Below are positions 12,041 to 23,717 of a stretch of DNA of 64,000 bases, in pieces. The stretch spans positions 17,732,001 to 17,796,000 of the forward strand of contig OZ059895.1 in assembly GCA_964057225.1 (NCBI GenBank), read 5' to 3'. Numbering within the stretch: the first letter of the stretch is position 1; each line of letters starts with the position of its first letter. The notes beneath the pieces are model-generated. The model was not told the DNA's origin. It saw nothing but the letters and a program-made list of their open reading frames with translations, and searched no databases. The DNA is from Auanema rhodensis (Eukaryota; Animalia; Nematoda). Position numbers and translations under genes: made by a program.

Positions 12041-15000
12041 GCTTTTCTGAATAATTCATGTTTTGATTGTGCATGTTAAGAAATAAATCAGTTTGAATAC
12101 TTGGCATGTTTCAAAGCAAAACTTGAATAAAACCCTTTATTTTACCTCTTGAAGATTTAACTTTGAAATTTTTGCTTATGTAATGATATTAATAAAAACC
12201 TACAATTTTCCGTTAGATTTGAATAGTTGAAAAGTTATAAGTTTTAATTAATGCTGGTGCCGTATGTAGTAGTATGACCCACCCCTTCCCCATCAAAACA
12301 GTTTCTTGAAACCTTTTAAAATATTTTTCTGAATACCCGTACCATTCTGTGTTCACTTCAAGTATGACGACTATTGCCTATATACTTATACTTATAGTTA
12401 TGTTTAGATATCTAGAGCATATGATAACTTTTTGCATGATAATCGGTTGATAAACTATTTTAATTTGACTCTCAATGTCACATTCTATGAGTCAGTTAGA
12501 CTATACCAGACAAATATTATTTCGATACATATGTAATGCAGTTTTCAATGACCCAATTTATATTAAATTGAAGAAAATATTTATTTATAATAAAAATTAT
12601 TTTAATAATACTTACATAACTATATATCTATTTCATAGAATATTATAATTATAAAAAGAAAAATCAATTATTTTAACGGCTTTGTTGGTAGTACAACTTC
12701 ATGTTATATTCTTTGTCATGAAAGTATTAAAATGCGAATTTTGTTTAAAAAAATAACATATTCTATTGAATATCTTGACTCTTTAATATTATTTTATATT
12801 ATATCGTATAATTTGTTTTCATAATATTATTGAATAAAATAACAAAATACTTACCACATACTTTCGTATTTTATAAGAAAAGTATAAACCTTTTAAAAGA
12901 TTATTTAAATATATGTTCAGGTATAGTTTGATGAATGCAACCGATTAACTGTACTGTTTAGTGTTAAATGATAATTTTTTTCAAAAGGGCATACCACGTT
13001 ACCAACCTAATTAGTATAATTAGTGAATTCTTTGTATTCTAAAATTAAAAGTTTAATCTGAATTACTATTTTAGAGAATATTCAACATTTCAATGGTATT
13101 TGATTAATAAAACTTAATGGACGTCAATGTCAATGTAGATGTAGAGAATAAACAGATTTTTTATTTCATTATTTTTAGGCTTGTCTCTCAAGAAAAAGTA
13201 CGTTCCTTATCACTTCTGACACCCGATCTCAACGGGCTGTATTGTAGTTGATTGTAACAATTCGTAATTGGCTTATCGTAAACCTGGAAGTAATTTCCTT
13301 ATTACTTCGTTCGTGAGTGATTTGTGACATCAGTAGAAGAAGTCCTTGCAGGCAGGCGCTCAACCCCCTTCTCTCTATAGCTGATTTGATGATTCGTCGA
13401 AGTCTTCGTTATCATTCATGTGTTATGTATGTTGTATACAGCTAGTCGGATGACCCTCAAATGTAATCGCAGCATCTACCACCCTTAACGTCACTTAGCC
13501 GAAGAAAATAGCGGAACTTTAACCTATTTGGGCATTTGTTGATGATGGACAGTTAGCATCAGCCGAATGTTGAAGGCCAATGCTCTTCATACCATTTCTG
13601 ACTGTTGAAACGAAGGTTTTGCTTTTGATATTGGCTACTGAATATGTAAATATGAAAATATATAATAATATACATATTTATAATTAGTAAATTTGATATA
13701 TTATAATAGTCAGAATATTTAGTTTGGAAATCATTAAAACAGCAATCATATTAGACTTTTCAAATTGATAAAATGCAGCTTTGTATGTGTATACGTGGGA
13801 AAACTGTTAAAATTGAAATTCTTAGTACGAGGTGATAATCAGAAATTTCAGTTTTTTACTTCAAATAGTTATTCTTTAATGAAAAGATAAAAGAAATTAT
13901 AGCTAATATGTTGGTTTAGAAGAAGCATTCAATTACCCGAAAAGCTAGACAACCCGCCCCGTTACACATGATTTTCAAAAACTCTATAGAATAGATAATA
14001 TGTTAGGGCTGGATGATTATCTTAAGGGACAGCACTTAGAATATGAGAGAGGGAAGTCCAGAAGACATGCTTGAATATGAAACACACAACTCTGATAATG
14101 ATTTTCAGAACATCACGTCATTCGCGAAAAACGTTTTGTTGGTGGTTTTTTTTTTTGAAATAGAAATGCTGTAATATAAATGCTCTAATTTTACAGTTTT
14201 TTGTAAAACAAAGCTGATGTTTAACACTTTCATATGATGTGACCTTAGTGTTCTATTTTCGATAAAGATTCAAATGTAGAACATGATGCTTTTTTCTTCC
14301 AAACATCTCACATATAACTTTGTTTTATTGGAAAATACCCAATATGTTTGGTTTACACTAATTAGGTCAGATTTTCGCAATTTGTTACTTACAAGAGAGT
14401 TCGAAAACTATTGAAAACTTATGACCTTGACGTTTGAAAAATAGAGTCGCTGAGATAAAAACCTCCCCAAAGTATATTGAACTGATAGCATCAACACCAG
14501 CCACCAGACAGAAGTTCGTCCGGAAATAGGTCAGTGAGGTAAATGACTGAGAAGTAAGTATTACGATGAAGCCAGAGCAAATTAGCTACTTTTCGTCAAA
14601 TACGTAAAACTTCTTTAACGTATCATCACACAGTCATACTCTCAGGTCATACGGTCGATGAATTCATACGAATATCATTTCAATCTCTTCATCTCTCAGG
14701 TATGGCACGTGAAAGCTAATTTCGATCACTGTTGGTTGAAATATATAACAAACAAACTGAATTTGACAGAAGAAATAATTTTGCAGATTGTACTATACTG
14801 AATACTATATGAATGAAGAATATAGATTTGAAGCAGATTCCCTCATCCATCTGTATGTGTGGTAACGTCTGTAGCTGAAAGTTCATTTTCCATTTCGGCA
14901 CGTTAGCCATACAGAAGTCATTCATTTAAGCAATTGCCTAATGATATTACAAAAGTAGTAAATTTGAAAATACAGCAAGACATTTCAAGACGATGGAATT

Positions 15001-17486
15001 TTAATTCTTCATGGTGGTCCTTGTATTCACATACTCTCATTGTTCTTTTAAATGTTTTACAATCTAAAAAAAGACTATTTGAGGGAATAAAAAATTTCCT
15101 AATCGGAGGTTCCACTTTGAGCGATTGCTTTACCGTCATCATCATCGCCATTATTCTTACTCGTTTGTTCGTGTCGTATTTTCTTTTCCTCTCCTTACAT
15201 GCATATAACTGTTTTCAATTCCATTCGCAATCCTCTCAGGAGTTATCCCATTCTTCTTTGTCGTCTGGCTTTACAGTAGATTACACTGAACATATAAGAG
15301 AAGCATCGTTAACCGTCTGTGTCGCCACAACTGTTGTCGTGGTATCGTTGTTGTCGTCGTCTGTCGTCATCCATCGTCGCCATCTTCAGCATGATCCAGC
15401 CATCAGGATGACAACGGTGGGAATAGGCCCCTTGATCATTGAAATTATTCTTTATTTGTCGGATTCTGGAATATCCTAATAACTTTTGATTCATAAAATA
15501 GATCTCTTCGTTGACTTTGTTCAATTAAATTGATTCGATTCAAAAGAAGGACAATTCGAGATGCAGCAATTCATAAAATATTTATCCTGTCAGCAGAAGA
15601 AACATGTAGGTATGGATTGACAACGCAGAATTTGTAACAATGAGTTTGCAATGAAGAGGTTCTGATGTCTGGACAGCAGGAAGAAGCAACATCCAAACCG
15701 TTTTGCATTTTGCGTGATAGAAGAAACTAGATTTTGTTGAATTAAAGAGGGAGCGAAAGAGGGAAGAAGATGGAAAACGCAGAATTTGAAGGTGCTGTCT
15801 TCTAAACTAACTATTTCATGAGATTATTCACCCATCACAGAGTCTTAATGTCATCTGAATCATCTGAGATGTCACTTCAGTCTAGCACGTTGAAGTAACT
15901 GATTTGCATCAATACAATCGACAATATTTCGCCGGCACTTGTGGCTGTAAAATATGTTTCCAAGCTTCTCCTTGATGTCTCTATCACATCATTGGCCGAT
16001 TGTTTTTTCTGTTGTATCCCATGATCTAACCATGATCTTTGATATTTTAAAATATCGTTAGAAGTACTTCCGTATTTAAATACTTTTCTGAACAATTGGT
16101 GGGAAAGAGGAAGAAGGACAATGTCTAGAAAATGGCAATGAATACCGTTACTATATGAGGACAGGAAAATCAAACTGGGACAAGAATTAATAGTTTTATA
16201 TGATCATAAAGAAGATAGAACGTAATTGAATATGCCAAAATTTCAAAAACAACCTCAAAAAAGTGGAAAACAGTTGGTGAACATGGAAAATCGAAAGGGT
16301 ATTAAGTATTAGAAATGATATCCTCATAAGTTAGTTTTCCAAATTTCAAGAAATAAAAGCTATGAATTGACATTCTTTTAATCGTTTTCAAAACTTCTTT
16401 GAAGGACATAGTTTTATGATGGAAATTGTTGATGACAAATGAGGTGGTAAAGAAGAAGACGTCTTCGAAGCCAACCACGACAACGAAGTCAGCGACGACG
16501 TTGAGGGAAGCCAGTTTTACTTCTGACCAAAAATTGGTCTTCGCTGTAAGGGTTTGAGTAATAGAAAATAGTTTCTTAACTACATCAGTCTCCAGCAACA
16601 CTATTGTTTCCTTTCATTCGTCAAGTATAAGATGTTGAAAATTGAACGTCGGTACAGGCATAAAGGTGGTTGAAAGTTATTTTGCCTCTCACATATAGAA
16701 AGTATGATGAAGTACCGTTATATGGCAAGAATGGTCGAATGGCTGGTGGAAGAAAAAAGAGTGCCAGGTGATGAATATGATGTACTGATGGAAAGGCAAA
16801 CAATAGATTTTGGGGTCAGGACTAAATGACTATGAAGGTGAACGAAAAAAATTGTTTCAAGTGAGCTGAGAACAATTCCCAACAATTCCCTAGTTACAAA
16901 AATGTTTAGTAAATTCTTACGTTTGAAAGGCATGAATAACTTGAATTCTTACGAGAAAACAGGTTGATACAAATTTTGAATCAAATTATTCGAAACAACT
17001 GTTCGTCTGTTTCAATTTTTTATCAAAAATGAGTGTCAAAGAGTAATTACGGCTGACTGTTTTTGATATGTGCAATGTGTAAAGGGCTCAAACCTCATAT
17101 TTACATGTGCAGGTACGATATTATTACAGTATCAAGCAACTAATGTTGTCTTGTCAAAAGAATGAAGGATTTTATGCTACTTCGTCAACATGAGCTTCTC
17201 CTTTTTTGGCTGAGATGAAGTGATAAGTACAGCATGATTCAACCCTAACTAATTGCTGCAACTATAATCACTTAATCCAATTTCAAATTAATCTTTTGGG
17301 ACTTTGCATTTCTGTTTTTTTATTATTTACTACATTGACTTTCCTTTCTTTATTTTTTTCCATTGAAAATTGGGGCGTGGTTTCGATGCACTGATGGCGT
17401 AGTAGGAGGGGTCGACGGACGCCCTGACGTCAACGCAGGGCTTTATAAGGCGACAGCACTGTTCACAAACATCATCGAGCCTTACG

Positions 17487-18676
17487 ATGTTCGAGGAAAA
17501 GCTTCTTGTCGGTGTTGCATCTGCTTGCTCTACCTTGGCTATTGTAGCCTGCCTTGTTGTATTGCCAAGCCTTTACAATGAAATCAACGCTGTTCACGAC
17601 GAGGTGAGTGCTAATATCTGACGATTCAACTAGATTCTGAAAATTTATTTTCTATTGAATTCTATTCGAATTTCTTTTATTTATTCTTATGTTCTCAGGT
17701 TCTCGATGGAGTTTCCGTCTTCCGTGTTGAAACTGACTCTGCCTGGACTGAGATGATGGACATCCAAATCACCGTTTCCCCACCATCCAAGCCAAAACAA
17801 AATCCATTCAACTCTATCTTCCGTCAAAAGAGACAGGTAAATTCGAAATTATTTTCTCTTCACCGATTTTCTATACTTTTTTTTCAAAATTCAATTACCC
17901 AGCCAGTCTAGTTTACTATATTTCGGTCATATTCATTATTCTGAAAGAAATTATACGACATTTACGATGTAACCAATTTCAAATTACAGGACTACCGCGG
18001 ACTTCCAGCCTGGTGCCAATGCGAGCCAACCAAGCCAACCTGCCCACCAGGTCCACCAGGACCACCAGGAAGACCAGGAAACGCAGGAACCCCAGGACCA
18101 CGCGGTCAACCAGGACAAGACAACTACCAAACCTACGCTGTCCCAACTTGCCCACCAGTATCCCGCGATTGCGTTAAGTGCCCAGCTGGAGCCCCAGGAC
18201 CACAAGGACCTGACGGACCACAAGGACGTCCAGGACCAGACGGACGCCCAGGACAACCAGGACACAAGGGACAACCAGGAGCCCCAGGACCAAGAGTGAG
18301 ACATAATATTTCGAAATTAATTTAATAATATAATAATTCTCAGGGACCAGTCGGAGATGCCGGAACTCCAGGACATCCAGGACGCGATGGACAACCAGGA
18401 CACCCAGGACGCGACGGACGCAAGGGCAAGGGAACCCCAGGAAGACCAGGACCATCTGGACGTCCAGGACAACCAGGAAAGTCTGGACACCCAGGACAAC
18501 GTGGAATGCCAGGAAAGTCAGGACCACAAGGACCAGCTGGACACCCAGGACAACCAGGAAAGGCTGGCTTCGACGGACGTCCAGGAGTTCCAGGAGGAGC
18601 CGGACTTCCAGGAAACGATGCCGCTTACTGCCCATGCCCAGCCCGCAGCGGAGCCTACTTCATGCAAAGATCCTAA
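17487..18676 (+). CDS. Nematode cuticle collagen, 4 exons, paralog of 11072-12040
   Basis: [55 protein letters not shown]...[18 protein letters not shown]...Gly-X-Y...[19 protein letters not shown]. Confidence 0.95.
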
Positions 18677-19318
18677 ACAATCACATAATTATAATAAATA
18701 TTGCTTTCATACGCATCTATCTTTTTTGTGCAACAAATCAACAAATCGAACTTAGAGTATAGATAGCAAAAACCTGTTCAAATAATTTTCGAAAAATACC
18801 TATGTTGGCAGTGAAAATTGCTCAAACATATAACTTGACTAGCACACATATACATATAGCAATTAGATGAATAGAAAGGGTTTTTTTCTGTCTCATTGTC
18901 ATTTGACTTTCATGTCTCTGGACGTTAGTTATATAACAGTCTAGTATCTAGTCCTTCTTTCACTTGTAAAAGAACATAATGCTTGACAAAATTGCATACA
19001 AAGCTTTACGAATGCCGTCAAATGAACTGTGATCTAGAGTGCATACTATATACACGAATTGAAAAAAACATTGAAAGGATTGTTTATCCAATCATTTGTT
19101 CCAAAAGTTATTACATCTTCCGTTTGAATAGATTATGGCAGAAATAAAAAAAAAGAAAATTTCGTTAAATTATTATAAGATTTTATTCAAAACTTGGTGT
19201 TTTTAAAAGCTTTTTTCTTTTAGCAATATTCACATCATTATTTATGTACACATAGTTCTTTTATTATAATTTTTATATATATTTATATATATATTGCCAT
19301 TCCTAATCGTGTTCTTGT

Positions 19319-22300
19319 TTAGTTGAGATCAAGGCGTTTAGCACGAATCTTGTCGCACCTGGAAAGGTTGCATCATCATTAGGCTTAATGGAATAATTAA
19401 ATCTTACTTGTCATAATCACAACAAGATTTATCACAGGTGAAAACAGAATCAAAACTCTCATCAAACTGAAATTAGCAGATGTTAAAGGAAATTTGTGTC
19501 TTCTTTTCGCTCTTTACGACAACATTCCCACATACCTCTCGCTTTTGCCGAGAAATCGTCGCTGATGGCTGATGTGGGCTGACTGCTGCCCGACGGACAT
19601 TTGACTGACAAGGACAAGGTGCTCTCCGAATTTCCTGTAATTTAAAACTTAGTTTTATGATCAAGATAAAATAATTCCGATCTCTCATTAGTTGGAAGTT
19701 GGATGACAAAATATGGGGGTTTTCACATATTCTCATTATAATCCATCATGGGTATTTCAAATAACAGCAAAAAAGTTCCATCATTGACAGATGTGAATGT
19801 AACGAACCTTTGCGTTCTCTGTTTCAGCTTCTCGTTTTTTTCTTCCGCCACAAGGTAAACACTAGAAAAAAAAATTTTTTTTTACAAAAAATGGGCTGAT
19901 GGAAACATACAATCGTTCTCTTGGCACGTTTCAAAATGTTACCAAGATTTGAACAAGAATGACAGTTACCCTAAAAACAAAAATAGTTTGCTTCATCAAT
20001 TAAGTGAGATCTGCTTTTTTTAAAATTAGAATTTTTTTTTAAATTATTTTTGGTAATATTTAGTTTATAATAATCTTATTAACGTACCAAGCTTCGCTTC
20101 TTTCGTTTACCCAAACAAGGTAGACAACCCTGAAATTCCGTAAATTATGTTGTAATAGTATGATTTGATGGTATATCATGTTTTCCCATCCGCATTTGTC
20201 TACTTTCTTTGTTTTCCATGTTTTTTTTTGTGAAGAATGTCAAAAAAAATACTTTTGAAAGATGGAATTTAGAAAGGGTTCTATTAAGAAAAAAAAACTT
20301 ATTTACCAATCGTTTCACTCGTTTGTGATGTTCTTCATCAATATCTCTCTTCTTTCTGCCTAAACATGGTAAGCAACCCTGAAATAGTTGATTCGAGAAC
20401 ATCAAACCAATATCTGAACTAACCAATCGCTTAACACGTCTATGACTGCCAGAACATGTTCCACAACCAGTATTAAGCTGAATTCATGTTATTATATTGT
20501 GTATCTTGTTTTGTATTATCAATTACCTGTCCGAATAAGCTTGTAAATGGATTTGGTGAAGAGCTACAACCTCTACATCCACCAGCCTGGCGCTTCACAC
20601 GACCGGGCATAATTTGTCCAGACGCGGTACATTGTGATGAACATCCGGAACCTGAGTTTTGAAATAATAAACCTTGTAAAATAAAAAAATTGCTATAATA
20701 AATATGCATATCTCTATCAATGTAATATTTCGATTTTTAACATAATTTACCTGGACTTCGTTTCATACGAAGTGACTTATGGAGACGTCGACGACATGGG
20801 CAAGAAGGACATGATCGGTAGCATAATGGTACTGTTGGCTGAAATAAAGAAAAATATAAAAAATAAAGATCCATCATCTATCCAGTTTTTAGAAAATATT
20901 AATTTGAACATCAATTCATACTAATATAACAACAGATCATAGATGTATGTTTCATTATTTCTGTCGTAAGATTGCAGAAACATCATATCATATATCAAAC
21001 AAAGTATGAAATGAACTACTTTTGTTGTCAACTTAAGACATTAACTTTCAGATTTCTACCGATTTCTTGGTAATAACGATATATTTTTTAAATTGTTATC
21101 TTTTTCGTTTTGACAGTTTTATAGGCTTTATCTGTGACACTTTGATACATTTTTATCATACTTGGGTATTGATAATCAATTTTAAAAAATAAAAATTATA
21201 TTTTTTGGGGGACAGGCAAAGAAATCGATCTTATCCAAGCTTGTAACCTTAACTTGTCCTTTCTTGTCGTTATGTATGGACAAGGTGACAATGTAGTTTT
21301 CGTGTTGTTTAATCACTGTCCTTCATCATTTTCTTCTCAAAATTAGTTTAAACATCTGTATGAACTATAGGAAGTTCAATGAACCAAAGTTAATTCGAAA
21401 AGCAAAAGATATAATATGATTAAGAGTTTAGTTTATAATCATAGTTAACACGTTCACCACCTTTCTCTATCAAAATATGCTTTTGAGTGATGCTTTTCTT
21501 GTCAAATTTTAAATTTTTGAGCTTACAATGCTGATACAGCAAGTTTGCTGAACTGGGCAGCATGGAGGTGGTGGTGGTTGACAACACACTGCAGGTTGTG
21601 GACAACATGGAATTGTAGGAGGTGGAGGACAACAGGGAATTGTAGCTGTAACATATGTAGGTAAGAAGGTAAAAAACTTCCGGGTATATTTTGTTTTGTT
21701 TTTCAGAAAAATATATAGAATAGGCAACTTACGTAAACAACACGGAGTAACAGGTTGACAGCACATTTGAGGTGGTGGAGGAGCTGCACATGGGCAGCCG
21801 CCTTGAGGTTGACTAAAAAACAAATTAAAATGTAAACAACAACAAAATTATCGTACTCATAGGCAGGTTGATATGTTCCAACAGGTTGGAAGTTGCTTTG
21901 AGGTTGGGAAATATACTGTTGTTGATTACTATACTGGGATTGAGGTTGTGGATGGAGTTGTGGATTTATTTCCGCTTGAGGCTCAGGCAGTAACTCAGGC
22001 TGTAGCTCAGGTTGTTGACCAGGATATGAAGATGCATGCGCTGTAGTGATATCGGTATAACTGAAAAAAATTGTACATTTTGTTCTGCGTGAGATTAAAG
22101 ATTACTCTGGGCTTGGATCAACATTGACAGGCTGTGCTGGTTCTGGTGACAGAGTTACGATTTCAGGCTGGAATTCACAAAGTTTGTATGTGCTGCATAA
22201 AGTTGAATCTTACAGTGTACGGTTGTTCAATAGCATGGCTTTGTTGGACGGTTTCACGATACCCTCCTTGTGCAGTAACAACAGGCTTCGGCTCACCAAA

Positions 22301-23717
22301 ATCTTCATCATATCCTAAAAGCCATTATTGAATAAACAATAATAAAAAATATAATGAGACGCACCATCTTCAGTCTTCAATGCTGTAGATGATCGACCTT
22401 GCCCGGGTGGAGCAAAACCGGGATCATCGCAACAAGCGCAACAGTTCTTTTTCCCTCCTGGGTTAGCTTGTTGTTCACCTTGATAAATCCAAGATTTCTG
22501 CGTGTCTGGACTAATAGTTACCTAAGAAATCGGAAAATGTTTGATAGGATTAAGTTAAGATTTACCTGTTTGCTAAAGTGCCCTTCGTGTTTGCCTGGAG
22601 ATAGTCCAGTTCGTTTTAATTGGATAGGATTAGTATATGTCTCTTTTTGTTTTGGATCTTCAGGAGCAAGATCATCAGGATTAAATTCTGGTCCATATTC
22701 TGGCAGCTGCTCGCCAGAATGTAATTTTGTCACTGAGTTGTATGATTCTTCAGAGTTTGCGGAGGTAGTTGATTTACTTTTGGAAGGTACATAAGCAAGT
22801 GGGTTTCCATTCTTAGGAACTTTTGCCTGATCATGCACACCTCTGAAAACAACATAAGATTTTCCTCCGTTTTTAACAAATTTCACCTTTCGCCATTTTC
22901 CGAATCAGTTTCTAAATGTGGAGTGAACTTCATCTCTCTAATCATATATTCTTCCTGAATTGATTATGTATGAAAGTATTTCTGAACGATGATAATCACA
23001 AACCTTAACCATCATTTCTACACTGCTACGTGGATCTCCTTCTTCACTTGAAGTATAATGAACTGATGAGGAAGAAGAAGAAGAAGAAGAAGAAGAAGAA
23101 GAAGCACTAAGTTCAGAAGAACCTCGAAGTACTGTTGTAGTTGTTCTAGGGGATGACGTCGTGAAGCCAGATATCACCGGTTGAACCGGTGATGATGGTC
23201 TAGCCGGAGGTGACACAACACCTGATAGAGTACCTGGCTCCGGAAATACAGATCCAGGACCTGTCAATTCAGGCTCCGGAAATGATAATCCAGGAGCTGT
23301 CAATCCAATACCGGAAAGTGAGGATCCAGACGCTGAAGATTCAGATCCTGTTGAGTGAGGTCTTGTTGATCCAGGACCGTGGGGAGCAGGAGCAACTGGT
23401 GCTGGAGCTGACGGAGCAGGAGAGAATGGTGCTGGAGCCGCTGGTGATAGAGCCAACGGAGATGGAGCGAGCGGAGCAGGAGGTACTGGTTCTGGTGCTA
23501 AGGCTGCAGCCCCGGAAGCTGATGGGGCAGGAGGGTCATCTTCATCTTTTTCGTAATAAAATTGATAAGCTTGAGGTGGATCGGCTTCTGGTTGATATGG
23601 ATTGCGTGGCATTGTTGGTACGTCTGAGTTGAGTTCCTCCGGTGGATACATACCAGGTGCTGAGCCAAAATCAGCCTGTATCAGAAACGGAAGGAAAAGA
23701 AACAATAGCAGACGCAT
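19319..23717 (-). CDS. Secreted Pro/Ser/Gln-rich, Cys-rich protein with ~10 C-terminal RxKR proprotein-convertase sites (putative cuticle/ECM or peptide polyprotein), ~19 exons
   Basis: Signal-peptide-like MRLLLFLFLPFLIQA. A continuous frame can be spliced with GT..AG introns through the Pro/Ser-rich region, KNCCACCDD, a PQ-rich region, CCPPPP/CCQP repeats, then LRMKR, RVKR, RVKR-LGCLPCLG-RKKR, RVKR-LGCLPCLG-KRKKR, RAKR-TICLPCGG-RKKR, RQKR, CDKSCCDYDKCDKIRAKRLDLN*. Confidence 0.75.
23071..23103. repeat. (GAA)11 microsatellite encoding poly-Ser on the minus strand
   Basis: Direct reading; lies in the first exon of the secreted protein. Confidence 0.9.

Noticed and set aside
14716-16933. Several 60-180 aa ORFs on both strands
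   Set aside because: No recognisable domains, low-complexity composition, and no consistent splice chain could be built.
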